This document shows positions 16,811 through 26,329 of a stretch of DNA of 64,000 nt, piece after piece. The DNA is from Methanothrix sp. GTDB taxonomy: Archaea; Halobacteriota; Methanosarcinia; Methanotrichales; Methanotrichaceae. The notes below the pieces were generated by a model, which made no database searches, was not told the DNA's origin, and saw nothing but the letters and a program-made list of their open reading frames with translations. The number at the start of each line of letters is the position of its first letter. Within the stretch, counting starts at the first letter, position 1. Location of the stretch: assembly GCA_025361645.1 (NCBI GenBank), contig JANYKI010000026.1:18-64017 (forward strand). Reading direction: 5' to 3'. The position numbers and the translations under genes are program-made.

Positions 16811-18454
16811 ATGATGAGCGAACGCGACAAAAGAGTATTTTTGAAGATAATAGGAGCGGCAGTTATAGTATTTATCATAGTCTATATGTGGCCTATAGGA
16901 GATATCTACTCAACCATCAATGTGAATAAAGTCAAGCATACACCGGACCCAAATATTCCTCAACCCCTAGGCACGAAAGACATCTTGCCCGATATTAAAT
17001 CCGAATACCCGCCGCAGGTGAACGAAAGCACATCCAGCTACATCGAAATATTCTCCTCAACGGAAAAAGCGGGCAGCGGTACTGACGGCTGGCTGACAGA
17101 TGTGGCCAAAGACTTCAATAACGCAGCAATAATGATTGACGGCAAACGTGTATCGATAAGGCTCAGAGGAATCCCTTCCGGGGATGGTTACGATTATATC
17201 ACTTCCGGGAAGCATTTGCCGGATGCCTATACGCCGTCCAATGAACTCTGGGGCGAGATGATCACCTCTCGCGGGGTTAAAGCCCAGTTAGTGCAAAAGA
17301 GACTTGCCGGCAATGTGGCTGGGATACTGATCAGCAAAGCTAAGAAGGACGAGCTGGCAGCCAAATACGGGGCAATCAATATCAAGACGGTTGTCGATGC
17401 TGTCGCGAACAATGAACTGGTGATGGGCTACACCAATCCGTTTGCCAGTTCAACCGGGCTGAACTTCTTGATTTCAGCTTTACAGACATTTAACAGCAGC
17501 AACTTATTGAGCGATGAAGCAATAGCAGGATTTGAAAGCTTCCAGGCCAATATTCCAGTGGTCGCCTTAACTACTCTGCAATTGAGGGAATCGGCCAAAT
17601 CAGGTAAACTGGACGGTCTTATCCTGGAATACCAGACTTATATGAATACGCCGGATATCAGGTCTTACGAATTCATACCCTTTGGAGTCAGACATGACAA
17701 CCCGATGTATGCGATCGGCGAACCATCAGCGGATAAAATTAAAATCCTGAATAAGTTCGTCGAATTCACTCAACAGGAAAAGTACCAGAACCTGGCCACT
17801 AAATATGGTTTCAACGGCCTTGATCAATACCAACCCGAAGCGGAGGCCGTCAGTGGCGATGTGATCATCCAGGCCCAAAAATTCTGGAAAGAAAAGAAAA
17901 ACGCTGGCAAACCTATTTGCGCAGTCTTTGTGGCCGATGTCTCCGGCAGCATGGACGGTGAACCGCTGAATAAATTGAGACGTTCATTGATCGATGGTCA
18001 ATACTATATCGGCGAGGACAATCTGATTGGCCTGATTTCATATTCCAACGATGTCAATATCGATTTGCCGATTGCCAAATTCGACTTGAAACAGAGGTCC
18101 TTGTTTGCCGGAGCAGTTCGTGATTTGCAGGCCGGCGGCAGCACGTCAACCTTTGATGCCATTGCGATCGCCATGAAGATGCTCATAGATCAGAAGGCGG
18201 TAGGTCCTGATGCAGACCCCAATCTGAAACCGAAGATTTTCGTTCTCAGTGACGGCAAAAGCAATACAGGCCATTCACTGGACGACATTAGAAAAATCGT
18301 GAAGGAGCTGGGAATGCCTATATACACAATTGGCTATAATGCGAATCTCCCGGAGTTAAAAGAGATCTCCGATATAAATGAGGCTGTCTGTATTGACGCC
18401 GATACCGAGAATGTTGTGATTAAGATTCGCAATCTGTTTAATGCCGAATTGTAA
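16811..18454 (+). CDS. solute-binding-like protein with C-terminal vWA domain
   Basis: N-terminal TM/signal; MIDAS DVSGSM, ST.FDAI and LSDG motifs. Confidence 0.85.
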   Translation: MMSERDKRVFLKIIGAAVIVFIIVYMWPIGDIYSTINVNKVKHTPDPNIPQPLGTKDILPDIKSEYPPQVNESTSSYIEIFSSTEKAGSGTDGWLTDVAKDFNNAAIMIDGKRVSIRLRGIPSGDGYDYITSGKHLPDAYTPSNELWGEMITSRGVKAQLVQKRLAGNVAGILISKAKKDELAAKYGAINIKTVVDAVANNELVMGYTNPFASSTGLNFLISALQTFNSSNLLSDEAIAGFESFQANIPVVALTTLQLRESAKSGKLDGLILEYQTYMNTPDIRSYEFIPFGVRHDNPMYAIGEPSADKIKILNKFVEFTQQEKYQNLATKYGFNGLDQYQPEAEAVSGDVIIQAQKFWKEKKNAGKPICAVFVADVSGSMDGEPLNKLRRSLIDGQYYIGEDNLIGLISYSNDVNIDLPIAKFDLKQRSLFAGAVRDLQAGGSTSTFDAIAIAMKMLIDQKAVGPDADPNLKPKIFVLSDGKSNTGHSLDDIRKIVKELGMPIYTIGYNANLPELKEISDINEAVCIDADTENVVIKIRNLFNAEL

Positions 18455-18472
18455 TCCTGGGAGGAATTAAGA

Positions 18473-19666
18473 ATGGCCTTTACTATGGAAGTGCCCGATG
18501 GGGCGTCGATCAAGAAGGAGATCCAGGAACCTTTTACAATGAAGGTGCCCGATGAAGCGGTGATCAAGAAGGAGGTCTTGGATCATGACAAACCGGTACC
18601 CAAGGAAGTAACCCAGCTTCGGGATTTAGCGGAAAGCAACGTTGCGCAGATTATGACCCTGGATCTCGATGAATTTTCCAAAAAGAGGGATATACTCCAG
18701 TCAATCGAGTCTCTTGGCGCTGGCACAATGAAACACTCGGAAGCCGAAAATTATTTGCTGCAGAAGACAGTAGGGAAGTTGTCCAAAGACGGCGATGATG
18801 GCAGCCTTGTGGCAAAAGGTTTGGTGGATTTGCAGCGGGAATTTAGACGCCTGGATCCCAGCCTGATTGATTTCCCCAGGACCGGCATTTTAGGAAAGCT
18901 GATTGACCAGATCATGGACTATTGTGCCAAATACCAGAGAGCAGAATCGGCAATTACGAATATCACGGTCTCTTTGGACAGAGGGAGAAAAACTCTGGAA
19001 ACCGATAATACCACTCTGGAGATCGAACAGCAGACAATGTGCATTTTGATTAAAAAGCTGAAGAATGAGATTCAGCTCGCTACCCTGATGGACGAAGAGA
19101 TTGAAAAGCAGATTGAAGCTGCCAGAGCCAGGAAAGAAGACCAGGAAAAAATTGTATTTGTCACTGAAGAAGTCCTCTTTCCACTTCGGCAGCGGCTTAT
19201 GGATATGCAGACGATGATCGCCGTCAATCATCAGGGCGTAATGACTACAGAAGTTGTGATCAGAAATAATAAGGAACTGATACGCGGGGTAGAAAGGGCC
19301 AAAAATATAACAATTCCCGCTTTTCGATACTCAGTGATGATTGCCAGCGCTCTCTCTAACCAGAAGAATGTCCTGGAGAAGATTCTAGGATTCAAAGATA
19401 TCACTGAACGAATCATCATAGGCAACTCGAAAATGCTGAAGGAACAAGGGCCGGAAATCCAGAAACTAGCAATGCAAGCCAATATCTCTGTCGAGGCGAT
19501 AGAGACTGCCTTTGCCAATGTCACGGAAGCATTGGATTCCATCAGCAACTTTAGGCGGGACGCGCTGTCCAATATGCTGGATACTATCAATAAGTACAAG
19601 GAATTGACAGCCAAAGGCGAAGAGCAGATTCAAAAGCTGGAGAAGGGCCATAAACTGGCGCTGTAG
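18473..19666 (+). CDS. toxic anion resistance protein (TelA/KlaA family)
   Basis: Helical 397 aa; LFPLRQRLMDM...IRNNKELIRGVERA...ASAL..QKNVL pattern. Confidence 0.85.
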   Translation: MAFTMEVPDGASIKKEIQEPFTMKVPDEAVIKKEVLDHDKPVPKEVTQLRDLAESNVAQIMTLDLDEFSKKRDILQSIESLGAGTMKHSEAENYLLQKTVGKLSKDGDDGSLVAKGLVDLQREFRRLDPSLIDFPRTGILGKLIDQIMDYCAKYQRAESAITNITVSLDRGRKTLETDNTTLEIEQQTMCILIKKLKNEIQLATLMDEEIEKQIEAARARKEDQEKIVFVTEEVLFPLRQRLMDMQTMIAVNHQGVMTTEVVIRNNKELIRGVERAKNITIPAFRYSVMIASALSNQKNVLEKILGFKDITERIIIGNSKMLKEQGPEIQKLAMQANISVEAIETAFANVTEALDSISNFRRDALSNMLDTINKYKELTAKGEEQIQKLEKGHKLAL

Positions 19667-19742
19667 CTGAAAAGAAGCCGATGCCTGCCGGGGGGGGGCT
19701 GCTCAGGGATGGGATCGGTAGATATGCAATATTAAACGCCCC

Positions 19743-20615
19743 CTAATGCTTCATCAGCGGCACATACTCCACACCCGGCCGGCTCCTTCCCGCTTCCATG
19801 CGGTATAGGTCCATCAGGGCATAGACCTCTTCCGGGACATTGGTCTCTACGCATTCGCCCAGGAGAGATTGGGCCTGCTCGGCCATAAAGGGATGGTCGT
19901 GCGTATATTTTCCCGAGACGAACTCCTCGATGATGCCCTCCATCTTTTCGCCGTCGCACTTCCCATCCAGGATTTTTTTCAGGAGATTTCTCATCTGGTT
20001 CATGGCTTTTCGCGCCTCCTCGGCAAAGATAAGAGTCCTGTCGTCTATCTCATCGATCTTCTTCTTGCCGACGACTGCCAGGAGCGATGTGGCCGGATAA
20101 CTGCCCTGCATATCACCTAATTGAGGATCGACGGGGCCCAGGGCCGCGTGTGGGTCCATGATTATTCTGTCGGCGGCAAAAGCGATGAGAGTTCCGCCAC
20201 TCATGGCGTAGTGGGGCACAATTACCGTCTTTTTGGCGGGATGAGCCTTTAGCGCCATGGCGATTTGCGTGGCTGCCAGAGCCAGCCCTCCCGGTGTATG
20301 CAGAATGATGTCGATGGGTACATCCTTTTGCGCCGCGCGAATGGCCCTTAAGACCCGCTCGCTGTCATCAATATCAATGTAGCGGGCTAAAGGGATGCCA
20401 AGAAAGCTGATGGTCTCCTGGCGGTGGATGAGGGTTATGACTTGCGTGCCTCGCGTCTTGCCAAGCTTTGCCAGGACGCTCTTTCTTGCCATCTGCAAGT
20501 AGTACCTCTGCACCATGGGGACCAGAAAGAGAAATATGAATAAGAGAAACCAGATATTATTGATCAGAGTACTGGCGAATTCTCCGCCTATCTGGGCTTG
20601 AAGTATGTCCATCAT
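19743..20615 (-). CDS. ClpP-like serine protease (SDH/DUF114 family), membrane-anchored
   Basis: IDIILHTPGGL...VPHYAMSGGTLIA...LGPVDPQ. Confidence 0.88.
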   Translation of the reverse strand: MMDILQAQIGGEFASTLINNIWFLLFIFLFLVPMVQRYYLQMARKSVLAKLGKTRGTQVITLIHRQETISFLGIPLARYIDIDDSERVLRAIRAAQKDVPIDIILHTPGGLALAATQIAMALKAHPAKKTVIVPHYAMSGGTLIAFAADRIIMDPHAALGPVDPQLGDMQGSYPATSLLAVVGKKKIDEIDDRTLIFAEEARKAMNQMRNLLKKILDGKCDGEKMEGIIEEFVSGKYTHDHPFMAEQAQSLLGECVETNVPEEVYALMDLYRMEAGRSRPGVEYVPLMKH

Positions 20616-20676
20616 TCTCCAGTAAGTTCAATTCATATATTTAGCTTGTGGGATCGCTTCGGCAATCTATATTAAT

Positions 20677-21387
20677 ATGATAAGGGCTCAATTAGACCTG
20701 GCTCAAATGATTATAATGGAGGTTTGGGGCATGATGATCCGAAATTTTGGTTTAGTGGCAATTCTTCTTTTGACACTCTCTCTGTCCATATATTTGGTAC
20801 CGGCTCAGAATTCCACATCGATGGAAAATAATGCGACGACAAAAGAGGTCACGCCTACGACTTCTGCCAGCGCGCAGGGCATCTGGAAAGCCACTTTAGG
20901 AGAAAAGGAGATCATCATGGCCATGAATCAATCAGACCAATCTGTATTCGGCCTGGCCAAATTCGAGGGCGAAAATCCCTGGAATGGAGCCCTGGCGGGG
21001 TCTCTTTCTGCAAATGTCATCTCCTTCTCCCTGGCTGCCTTGGAGGGCGAGGCGCTGGCAGCCATCTACATAAGCGCTAGCTTGGAAGGCGACCGCATGT
21101 TGGGATTTTTCATCCGATCAGACAGCAACGGAAAAGCCAGCCGGGACGATTTCACCGCTACATTGATCAGCCCGGATACATCCGGCTACACCCCAGCCGT
21201 GGTCACAACAGCTCCTTTGCCGGCAGTCCAGATGGAGCCAGCGAGCACAGAGCAGAAGAATGAGTCTAATGCCAGTGAAGAGAACGAAAAGCCTGCTTTC
21301 GCGAAGAGCGAGAGTCGATTCAAGGATGTTACAAAGCTGGCAAAGGGAATCAATCCCGACATATTGCCCAGGATGGCTCCACTGTAG
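20677..21387 (+). CDS. secreted hypothetical protein
   Basis: Signal-peptide-like stretch, beta-rich middle, low-complexity linker. Confidence 0.7.
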   Translation: MIRAQLDLAQMIIMEVWGMMIRNFGLVAILLLTLSLSIYLVPAQNSTSMENNATTKEVTPTTSASAQGIWKATLGEKEIIMAMNQSDQSVFGLAKFEGENPWNGALAGSLSANVISFSLAALEGEALAAIYISASLEGDRMLGFFIRSDSNGKASRDDFTATLISPDTSGYTPAVVTTAPLPAVQMEPASTEQKNESNASEENEKPAFAKSESRFKDVTKLAKGINPDILPRMAPL

Positions 21388-22014
21388 GTGATAATAGTGA
21401 TATTGGCAAAAGACAGATACTTCTCAACTCATTTTTTGCTTGGCCTGGCACTTTGTCTGGCACTCTTCCTTACCATGCAGGTACAAGGTTCGATGATGGA
21501 TGAATTGTCCGTCACTTCCGTCTCCGAGGACAGCGGCAAGTGGAAGGTTGCCTTCAACTGGTCGGAGATGGACGAGTACAAAAGCAGCGTGTCGCATGGA
21601 GACAGCACTTCAGGAAAAACGGCCATCGCGACAGATGCATTGACTCTGGCGTCGCCGTCCGATAAGACCAAGATTTTGAAGGTATCGGTCATAATGTACT
21701 CCAAGGACGATGCATCTCTTATCAACCAATCCAGCTTGATGGCCTTTGCCAACGGTACCCTCACCAAATCCAAAGTATGCAAAGATATCAATGTAACAAC
21801 GAGAGTGATAGACGGTCGATCGGGGATATTTGCCCGCGGCCTGAAGTGTCCAATGAATGAGCCGGTCTACATTGCGGTCTATCCTGTAGAATATCACCTG
21901 GATCGACCGGGAGGTGTTCTGGCATCCACGGCAGTAGGATTGATTCTCTCTACCTATAGTCAAGAAGCCACAGAACGATTTATCAATTCGGTTAAAATCC
22001 TGCAAATAAAGTAG
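21388..22014 (+). CDS. secreted hypothetical protein
   Basis: Signal-peptide-like N-terminus; abuts the previous gene. Confidence 0.7.
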   Translation: MIIVILAKDRYFSTHFLLGLALCLALFLTMQVQGSMMDELSVTSVSEDSGKWKVAFNWSEMDEYKSSVSHGDSTSGKTAIATDALTLASPSDKTKILKVSVIMYSKDDASLINQSSLMAFANGTLTKSKVCKDINVTTRVIDGRSGIFARGLKCPMNEPVYIAVYPVEYHLDRPGGVLASTAVGLILSTYSQEATERFINSVKILQIK

Positions 22015-22103
22015 TGGAAACCGGGGTTGGTCTAGGCATCAAGCTGCATTGAAATCTATGATGAATAGTCCACTCCCAGGCAGCGCAAGCGAGGAGATAA
22101 AAA

Positions 22104-22415
22104 ATGCCCGAGTTTCTTAACCCATTCAGCGGTAAAGTGCCAGAAAGAAAGCTGACCATGCAAGAACTGATCCGAGCCATCCGCCTTGATCTGGCCGCAG
22201 AGCATGAAGCAGTTCACCTCTACATGGCCCATGCCGAGGCCACGGACAATCCATTGGCCAAGAAGGTGTTAATCGATATCGCCAATGAGGAGCGGGTTCA
22301 TGTGGGTGAGTTTGCTCGGCTGATCTCAATTCTCACTGGAGATGAAGATGCTCTGCTGGCAAAGGGAGCAAAAGAGGTCGATGAGATGGCGGCCGAGACT
22401 TCATCGCCTCGATGA
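22104..22415 (+). CDS. short ferritin-like protein (encapsulin-cargo Flp type)
   Basis: AEHEAVHLY and NEERVHVGEF di-iron helices; RBS GGAG upstream. Confidence 0.85.
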   Translation: MPEFLNPFSGKVPERKLTMQELIRAIRLDLAAEHEAVHLYMAHAEATDNPLAKKVLIDIANEERVHVGEFARLISILTGDEDALLAKGAKEVDEMAAETSSPR

Positions 22416-22561
22416 AAATTCAAAGCAATAAGCCCATTCCCTACACGCAAAGCTAGGCACGGCTTAGCAGTCCCTTTTAAGTTGTGATCTCGCCAGATGT
22501 GCTAAGTGCTAAATAAGGAAAATAACCCAGGGAAATCCAGTAGATGAAAAAGCATTATTGC

Positions 22562-22735
22562 CTAAGGCCAGAGGCCAAAGGCGATATTCAGTCCCATTAC
22601 TGTCGCGCCTGCACCGATACAGGCTCCCAGCACCATCTTAGGATTGAGCTTTATTGCAGTATCATCCGCCTCGAAGTACCTCATGAGGCCTGCTGATGAC
22701 TGAAGACCGCTGCCTTCATTCTTTTTCTTTGCCAT
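22562..22735 (-). CDS. secG: preprotein translocase subunit Sec61beta/SecG; absent from the ORF track
   Basis: Hand translation MAKKKNEGSGLQSSAGLMRYFEADDTAIKLNPKMVLGACIGAGATVMGLNIAFGLWP (57 aa); SSAGLMRYF...IKLNP motif plus one TM helix. Confidence 0.92.
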   Translation of the reverse strand: MAKKKNEGSGLQSSAGLMRYFEADDTAIKLNPKMVLGACIGAGATVMGLNIAFGLWP

Positions 22736-22776
22736 ATACAACTCCTTATTTCTTCATCATCTTAAGTATTGCGGCT

Positions 22777-24774
22777 TCAAGCGGCGGCTGCCCTCAGCCA
22801 GCCGCTCTCATCCTGGAAGGGATAGTTGTCCAGCATGCTTCCGCCTTTGATCATCCTTGGCCAATCCTGACTGGGATTGCCTTTGGCCACGTGACCCTTC
22901 CAGTAGTTGCCGCCTGTGACATTGCCCTCGTCCCAGCGATTGCTGCCGCCAATATCCTGCGAATGCTCCTGATTGCCGAGGAAGTTATTGTGGAATATTT
23001 TGTTTCCTGTAGAGAGCATTACCTGCAGGCCCAGTGGATTGCGGCTGATGTTATTCTGATATACCTGGTTATCATGGGAGAGGTTTAGCCAGATACCTGT
23101 GGCTGCATTTTCATTTGCCACATTGTCGCGAATGATGTTCTGGTTGCTGGATAGGAGCGATATGCCGTTCTGGTTGTTTCGCGAGGCATTATTTCCGGCA
23201 ATTTGGTTTAAATCCGAGGCATATAGGAACATGCCACTAAATTTATTGCCAATCAGGCGATTATCTGATATCTCATTTTCATTGGACTGCACAAGACGCA
23301 TGCCAAAGCTCCCGGTGATGTTGTTCTCCAGGATCCGGTTATTCTTTGAATCGAAGAGGAATATGGCATCGTTGGTGATGACCGTATTCTTTACAGTGAC
23401 ATTTTCACAGTACGCTAATGTGAGGTGAGCAATATTCCTATCCTGAATCTGCTCGCCAAAATGGCCAAAGAGATAGACTATGGGGACAAAATCCACTACA
23501 TTGGATTCATCTATGGAATTATTAAAGCCCTCCTTTGTCTCAGCCTCTATGTAAAGGCTCCACTCTACATTCTGGAAGCGATTAGCCACCAGCTTATTGA
23601 CGGATGATTCCAATAAGATGATCCCTTTAGAACTATCTGTGATCCGATTGCCGGAGAGGGTGTTTTCGTTAGAGGATGTAATCTGTACCGCAGTGTCCGT
23701 TATGCCAAAGAACTGATTTTCGGAAATATTGTTCTGTTTGCTTGTGCCCAGGTCAAAGCCAACGGTGCCGTTTTCTATCTTGTTTTGATGCAAGGAATTT
23801 CGGCTGGAATTTTCCATCCTTATGCCGTATTCCATCGCAATAATGCTGTTATTTTTCAGCTCCTCCGAGTCTGAGTCCTTGATAAAAACGGCATTTTTGC
23901 TGCGGAAAATCGCGTTATCCATCAGTTTGTTGTTATTACTGCTTAAAATGAGCAGACCAAAGGTCGCGTCATTGATAACATTACCCAGCAATATAGTTCC
24001 ACTGGCATTCGCGAGATTTATGCCTTGTGCGATGCCGGAGGCAGAACTTCGGATACTGACTATATTTTGGGAAATATTAACGTAGCTGCTGTTTAAAACC
24101 CACATGCCGTATCTTTTGCTTTGTATATCGTTGCTTTCGATCTGGCAGCTCCCGGCATGATCAAGCCAGATACCCCAGTAAGCATCCGATATTTTGTTAT
24201 TAAGGATTTTATTTTCCGCAGCTTCCCGCACGACAATGGACACATTGCAGCCTACGATATCGTTTTCAAAAACCAGGGTTTGGGTGGAGTTCTCCCAGAG
24301 GGCCACGCCGCCCTGGCTGTCCATTATTGTATTTCCGGCAATGGTGTTCTCATGCGAGCCGCGCACCAGTATGGCGGGATTGGCGTTTTTCAACACGTTT
24401 TCCTTGATGGAGTTTCGACTGGATTGAACATATATCGCCGGCCCGGTAAAGTCCTGCATGGTTAGCCCCTGCAGAGAGCAGCCATCTGCGGTTATAGTGA
24501 TCCCTGTCTTCAGGCCGCCATCTCCTTTGAGGATTATGGGCTCGTTCTCGCCGGTGAGGGGCATTAGCTTCAGGCTCTTGTTCAGGATTACCTCTTCATT
24601 ATACTCGCCAGGCTTGATGTATATGGTATCTCCATTACTGGCAGCAACAACGGCCTCTTGAATGGTATTAAAATTGGCAAAGCCGCTGTCGTCAACGATA
24701 TACGTTCTTGCTCCTTCGATTGGCATAAGCCAGATGAGCAAGGCCATGAAGATGATCATCGGAATTCTAAGCAT
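22777..24774 (-). CDS. secreted right-handed beta-helix (NosD/CASH) repeat protein
   Basis: Signal peptide from ATG 24774; FNTIQEAV..ASNGDTIYIKPGEYNE; many GI.L..S.NN.I..N repeats; GGNYW C-terminus. Confidence 0.9.
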   Translation of the reverse strand: MLRIPMIIFMALLIWLMPIEGARTYIVDDSGFANFNTIQEAVVAASNGDTIYIKPGEYNEEVILNKSLKLMPLTGENEPIILKGDGGLKTGITITADGCSLQGLTMQDFTGPAIYVQSSRNSIKENVLKNANPAILVRGSHENTIAGNTIMDSQGGVALWENSTQTLVFENDIVGCNVSIVVREAAENKILNNKISDAYWGIWLDHAGSCQIESNDIQSKRYGMWVLNSSYVNISQNIVSIRSSASGIAQGINLANASGTILLGNVINDATFGLLILSSNNNKLMDNAIFRSKNAVFIKDSDSEELKNNSIIAMEYGIRMENSSRNSLHQNKIENGTVGFDLGTSKQNNISENQFFGITDTAVQITSSNENTLSGNRITDSSKGIILLESSVNKLVANRFQNVEWSLYIEAETKEGFNNSIDESNVVDFVPIVYLFGHFGEQIQDRNIAHLTLAYCENVTVKNTVITNDAIFLFDSKNNRILENNITGSFGMRLVQSNENEISDNRLIGNKFSGMFLYASDLNQIAGNNASRNNQNGISLLSSNQNIIRDNVANENAATGIWLNLSHDNQVYQNNISRNPLGLQVMLSTGNKIFHNNFLGNQEHSQDIGGSNRWDEGNVTGGNYWKGHVAKGNPSQDWPRMIKGGSMLDNYPFQDESGWLRAAAA

Positions 24775-25068
24775 GAGAAGTTGATTTGCCCGGAACCTTT
24801 TATAGTTAATGCAAAATCTGGGCGAAATATCCTCACGATCAACCCCTTTATTTCCAGTGGAAAAATAATCCCCGAATTTTTTCTTCATTGAAAGAAGGAC
24901 CGCCACGAAAAATACCAAACTGTATGATTGTGTATATTATGTTATTTTAAAAGTCATATATATCTTAAGCATGACAACAGGCAGAGTCACTTTTCCCTGC
25001 CCAAGGGCGGCGGTGGTCAGGGCAAAACCTTATTTACTCTCTCTTCTAAAGCCGTTTATGGTGATAGG

Positions 25069-25263
25069 ATGACAGATATTATGCCGCATAAACACTGCAT
25101 GGTCTGCGGCAATGCCGTGCGTCCGGACGAGAACTTCTGCGATGAGCTATGCGAGTCGAAGTTCAAATCGGCTCAAAGAAAGCAGCAGCTCTTATTTCTA
25201 GCATTTCTTGCCATAATGGGACTGGTATTGTTCCTGCCATCGATCCTTAAGATGTATGGGTGA
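25069..25263 (+). CDS. DUF2116 family Zn-ribbon membrane protein
   Basis: PHKHCMVCG...FCDELC followed by a TM helix; start set at ATG 25069. Confidence 0.85.
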   Translation: MTDIMPHKHCMVCGNAVRPDENFCDELCESKFKSAQRKQQLLFLAFLAIMGLVLFLPSILKMYG

Positions 25264-25266
25264 AGG

Positions 25267-25731
25267 ATGCGCCGCCTAGCTGCAATTTTTGCCTTTTTTA
25301 CTCTCTTTGCTTTATCTGCCGGTTCAGCCGATGGCATCGAGTACCTCGACATAAAGGAAGTGACTATGCGTCTCGAGGGCGAAAATGCCACTTTTGAGCT
25401 GAACTACACCCTGGATACTTTTACTCGCTTCTATGTATCGGCTCTGGGATGCAGATATCTGGAGCCGGAATTGATATCTTTCCTGGGAGGATACAGCGAT
25501 GTTATGCTCATAAAGGCGGATATTGAAGGCGCGGCCCTGCTGGTAGTGGGTGCGGGCAAATATAATAGCGGCTATTATCTCTTCGATTCCATGCCTTTCG
25601 GCAGCAAGGACAAGCCCCTGAATGAAAGCATTGCCCGATTCTCGGTTGTGTATCCGGGGGGGCGGGTCAGGACTTTTTATAATGTAACCGCCACGCAAAA
25701 CGTCTTTTCCCAGGCGGCGAAGCCATTATAA
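25267..25731 (+). CDS. secreted hypothetical protein
   Basis: Signal peptide; co-oriented with the DUF2116 gene. Confidence 0.7.
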   Translation: MRRLAAIFAFFTLFALSAGSADGIEYLDIKEVTMRLEGENATFELNYTLDTFTRFYVSALGCRYLEPELISFLGGYSDVMLIKADIEGAALLVVGAGKYNSGYYLFDSMPFGSKDKPLNESIARFSVVYPGGRVRTFYNVTATQNVFSQAAKPL

Positions 25732-25791
25732 TTTTGACGCGCAAGTATTTATCGAATGCTTGACCTTAACTATTACCAAGGTGATTTAAAA

Positions 25792-26196
25792 ATGGTAAAG
25801 ATGCCCGCGGAAGTTAAAGAGACATTGGAGAAGCAAAAGCCCATACCCATTGCCACAGCCAGCAAGGCCGGCATGCCCAATGTGGTATTTGTGGGACTGA
25901 TGAAGATCATAGACGATGAGACGATTATGCTCGCGGACAACTTCTTCTACAAGACCGCCCAGAACCTGGCCGAGAATCCCAAGATCTCCATTCTCTGCTA
26001 CAACGGAGACACCAAGAAGTCCTTCCAGATCAAGGGCAATGTCACTGTGACCAAGGAAGGACCAGACTTCGAGGCCATGCGGGCCTGGGTGCACGGCATC
26101 AACAACAAGCTGCCGGCCAAGAGCTGCGCCGTGGTCAAGATCACGGAGATCTACAACGCCATGTGGGGACCGGCGGCGGGGAAACAGGTGGCTTGA
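25792..26196 (+). CDS. pyridoxamine 5'-phosphate oxidase-like FMN-binding protein
   Basis: IATASKAGMPNV...ADNFFYKTAQNLAENP...FQIKG. Confidence 0.9.
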   Translation: MVKMPAEVKETLEKQKPIPIATASKAGMPNVVFVGLMKIIDDETIMLADNFFYKTAQNLAENPKISILCYNGDTKKSFQIKGNVTVTKEGPDFEAMRAWVHGINNKLPAKSCAVVKITEIYNAMWGPAAGKQVA

Positions 26197-26329
26197 GCCG
26201 TTCTCGTTCGACTTGGACCTGAAGACTCAGTTAGAGTGGAGGTTGAGTTGATCATACCTCCGATCTAATTTTAAGAATAGTCTTGATTTGGATTTCAAGC
26301 TTTGATTATGGAAAATTTCGAAGGATTCG

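Noticed and set aside
19687-19698. G homopolymer run as a phase-variation switch
   Set aside because: It lies between convergent stop codons, outside any ORF or evident promoter.
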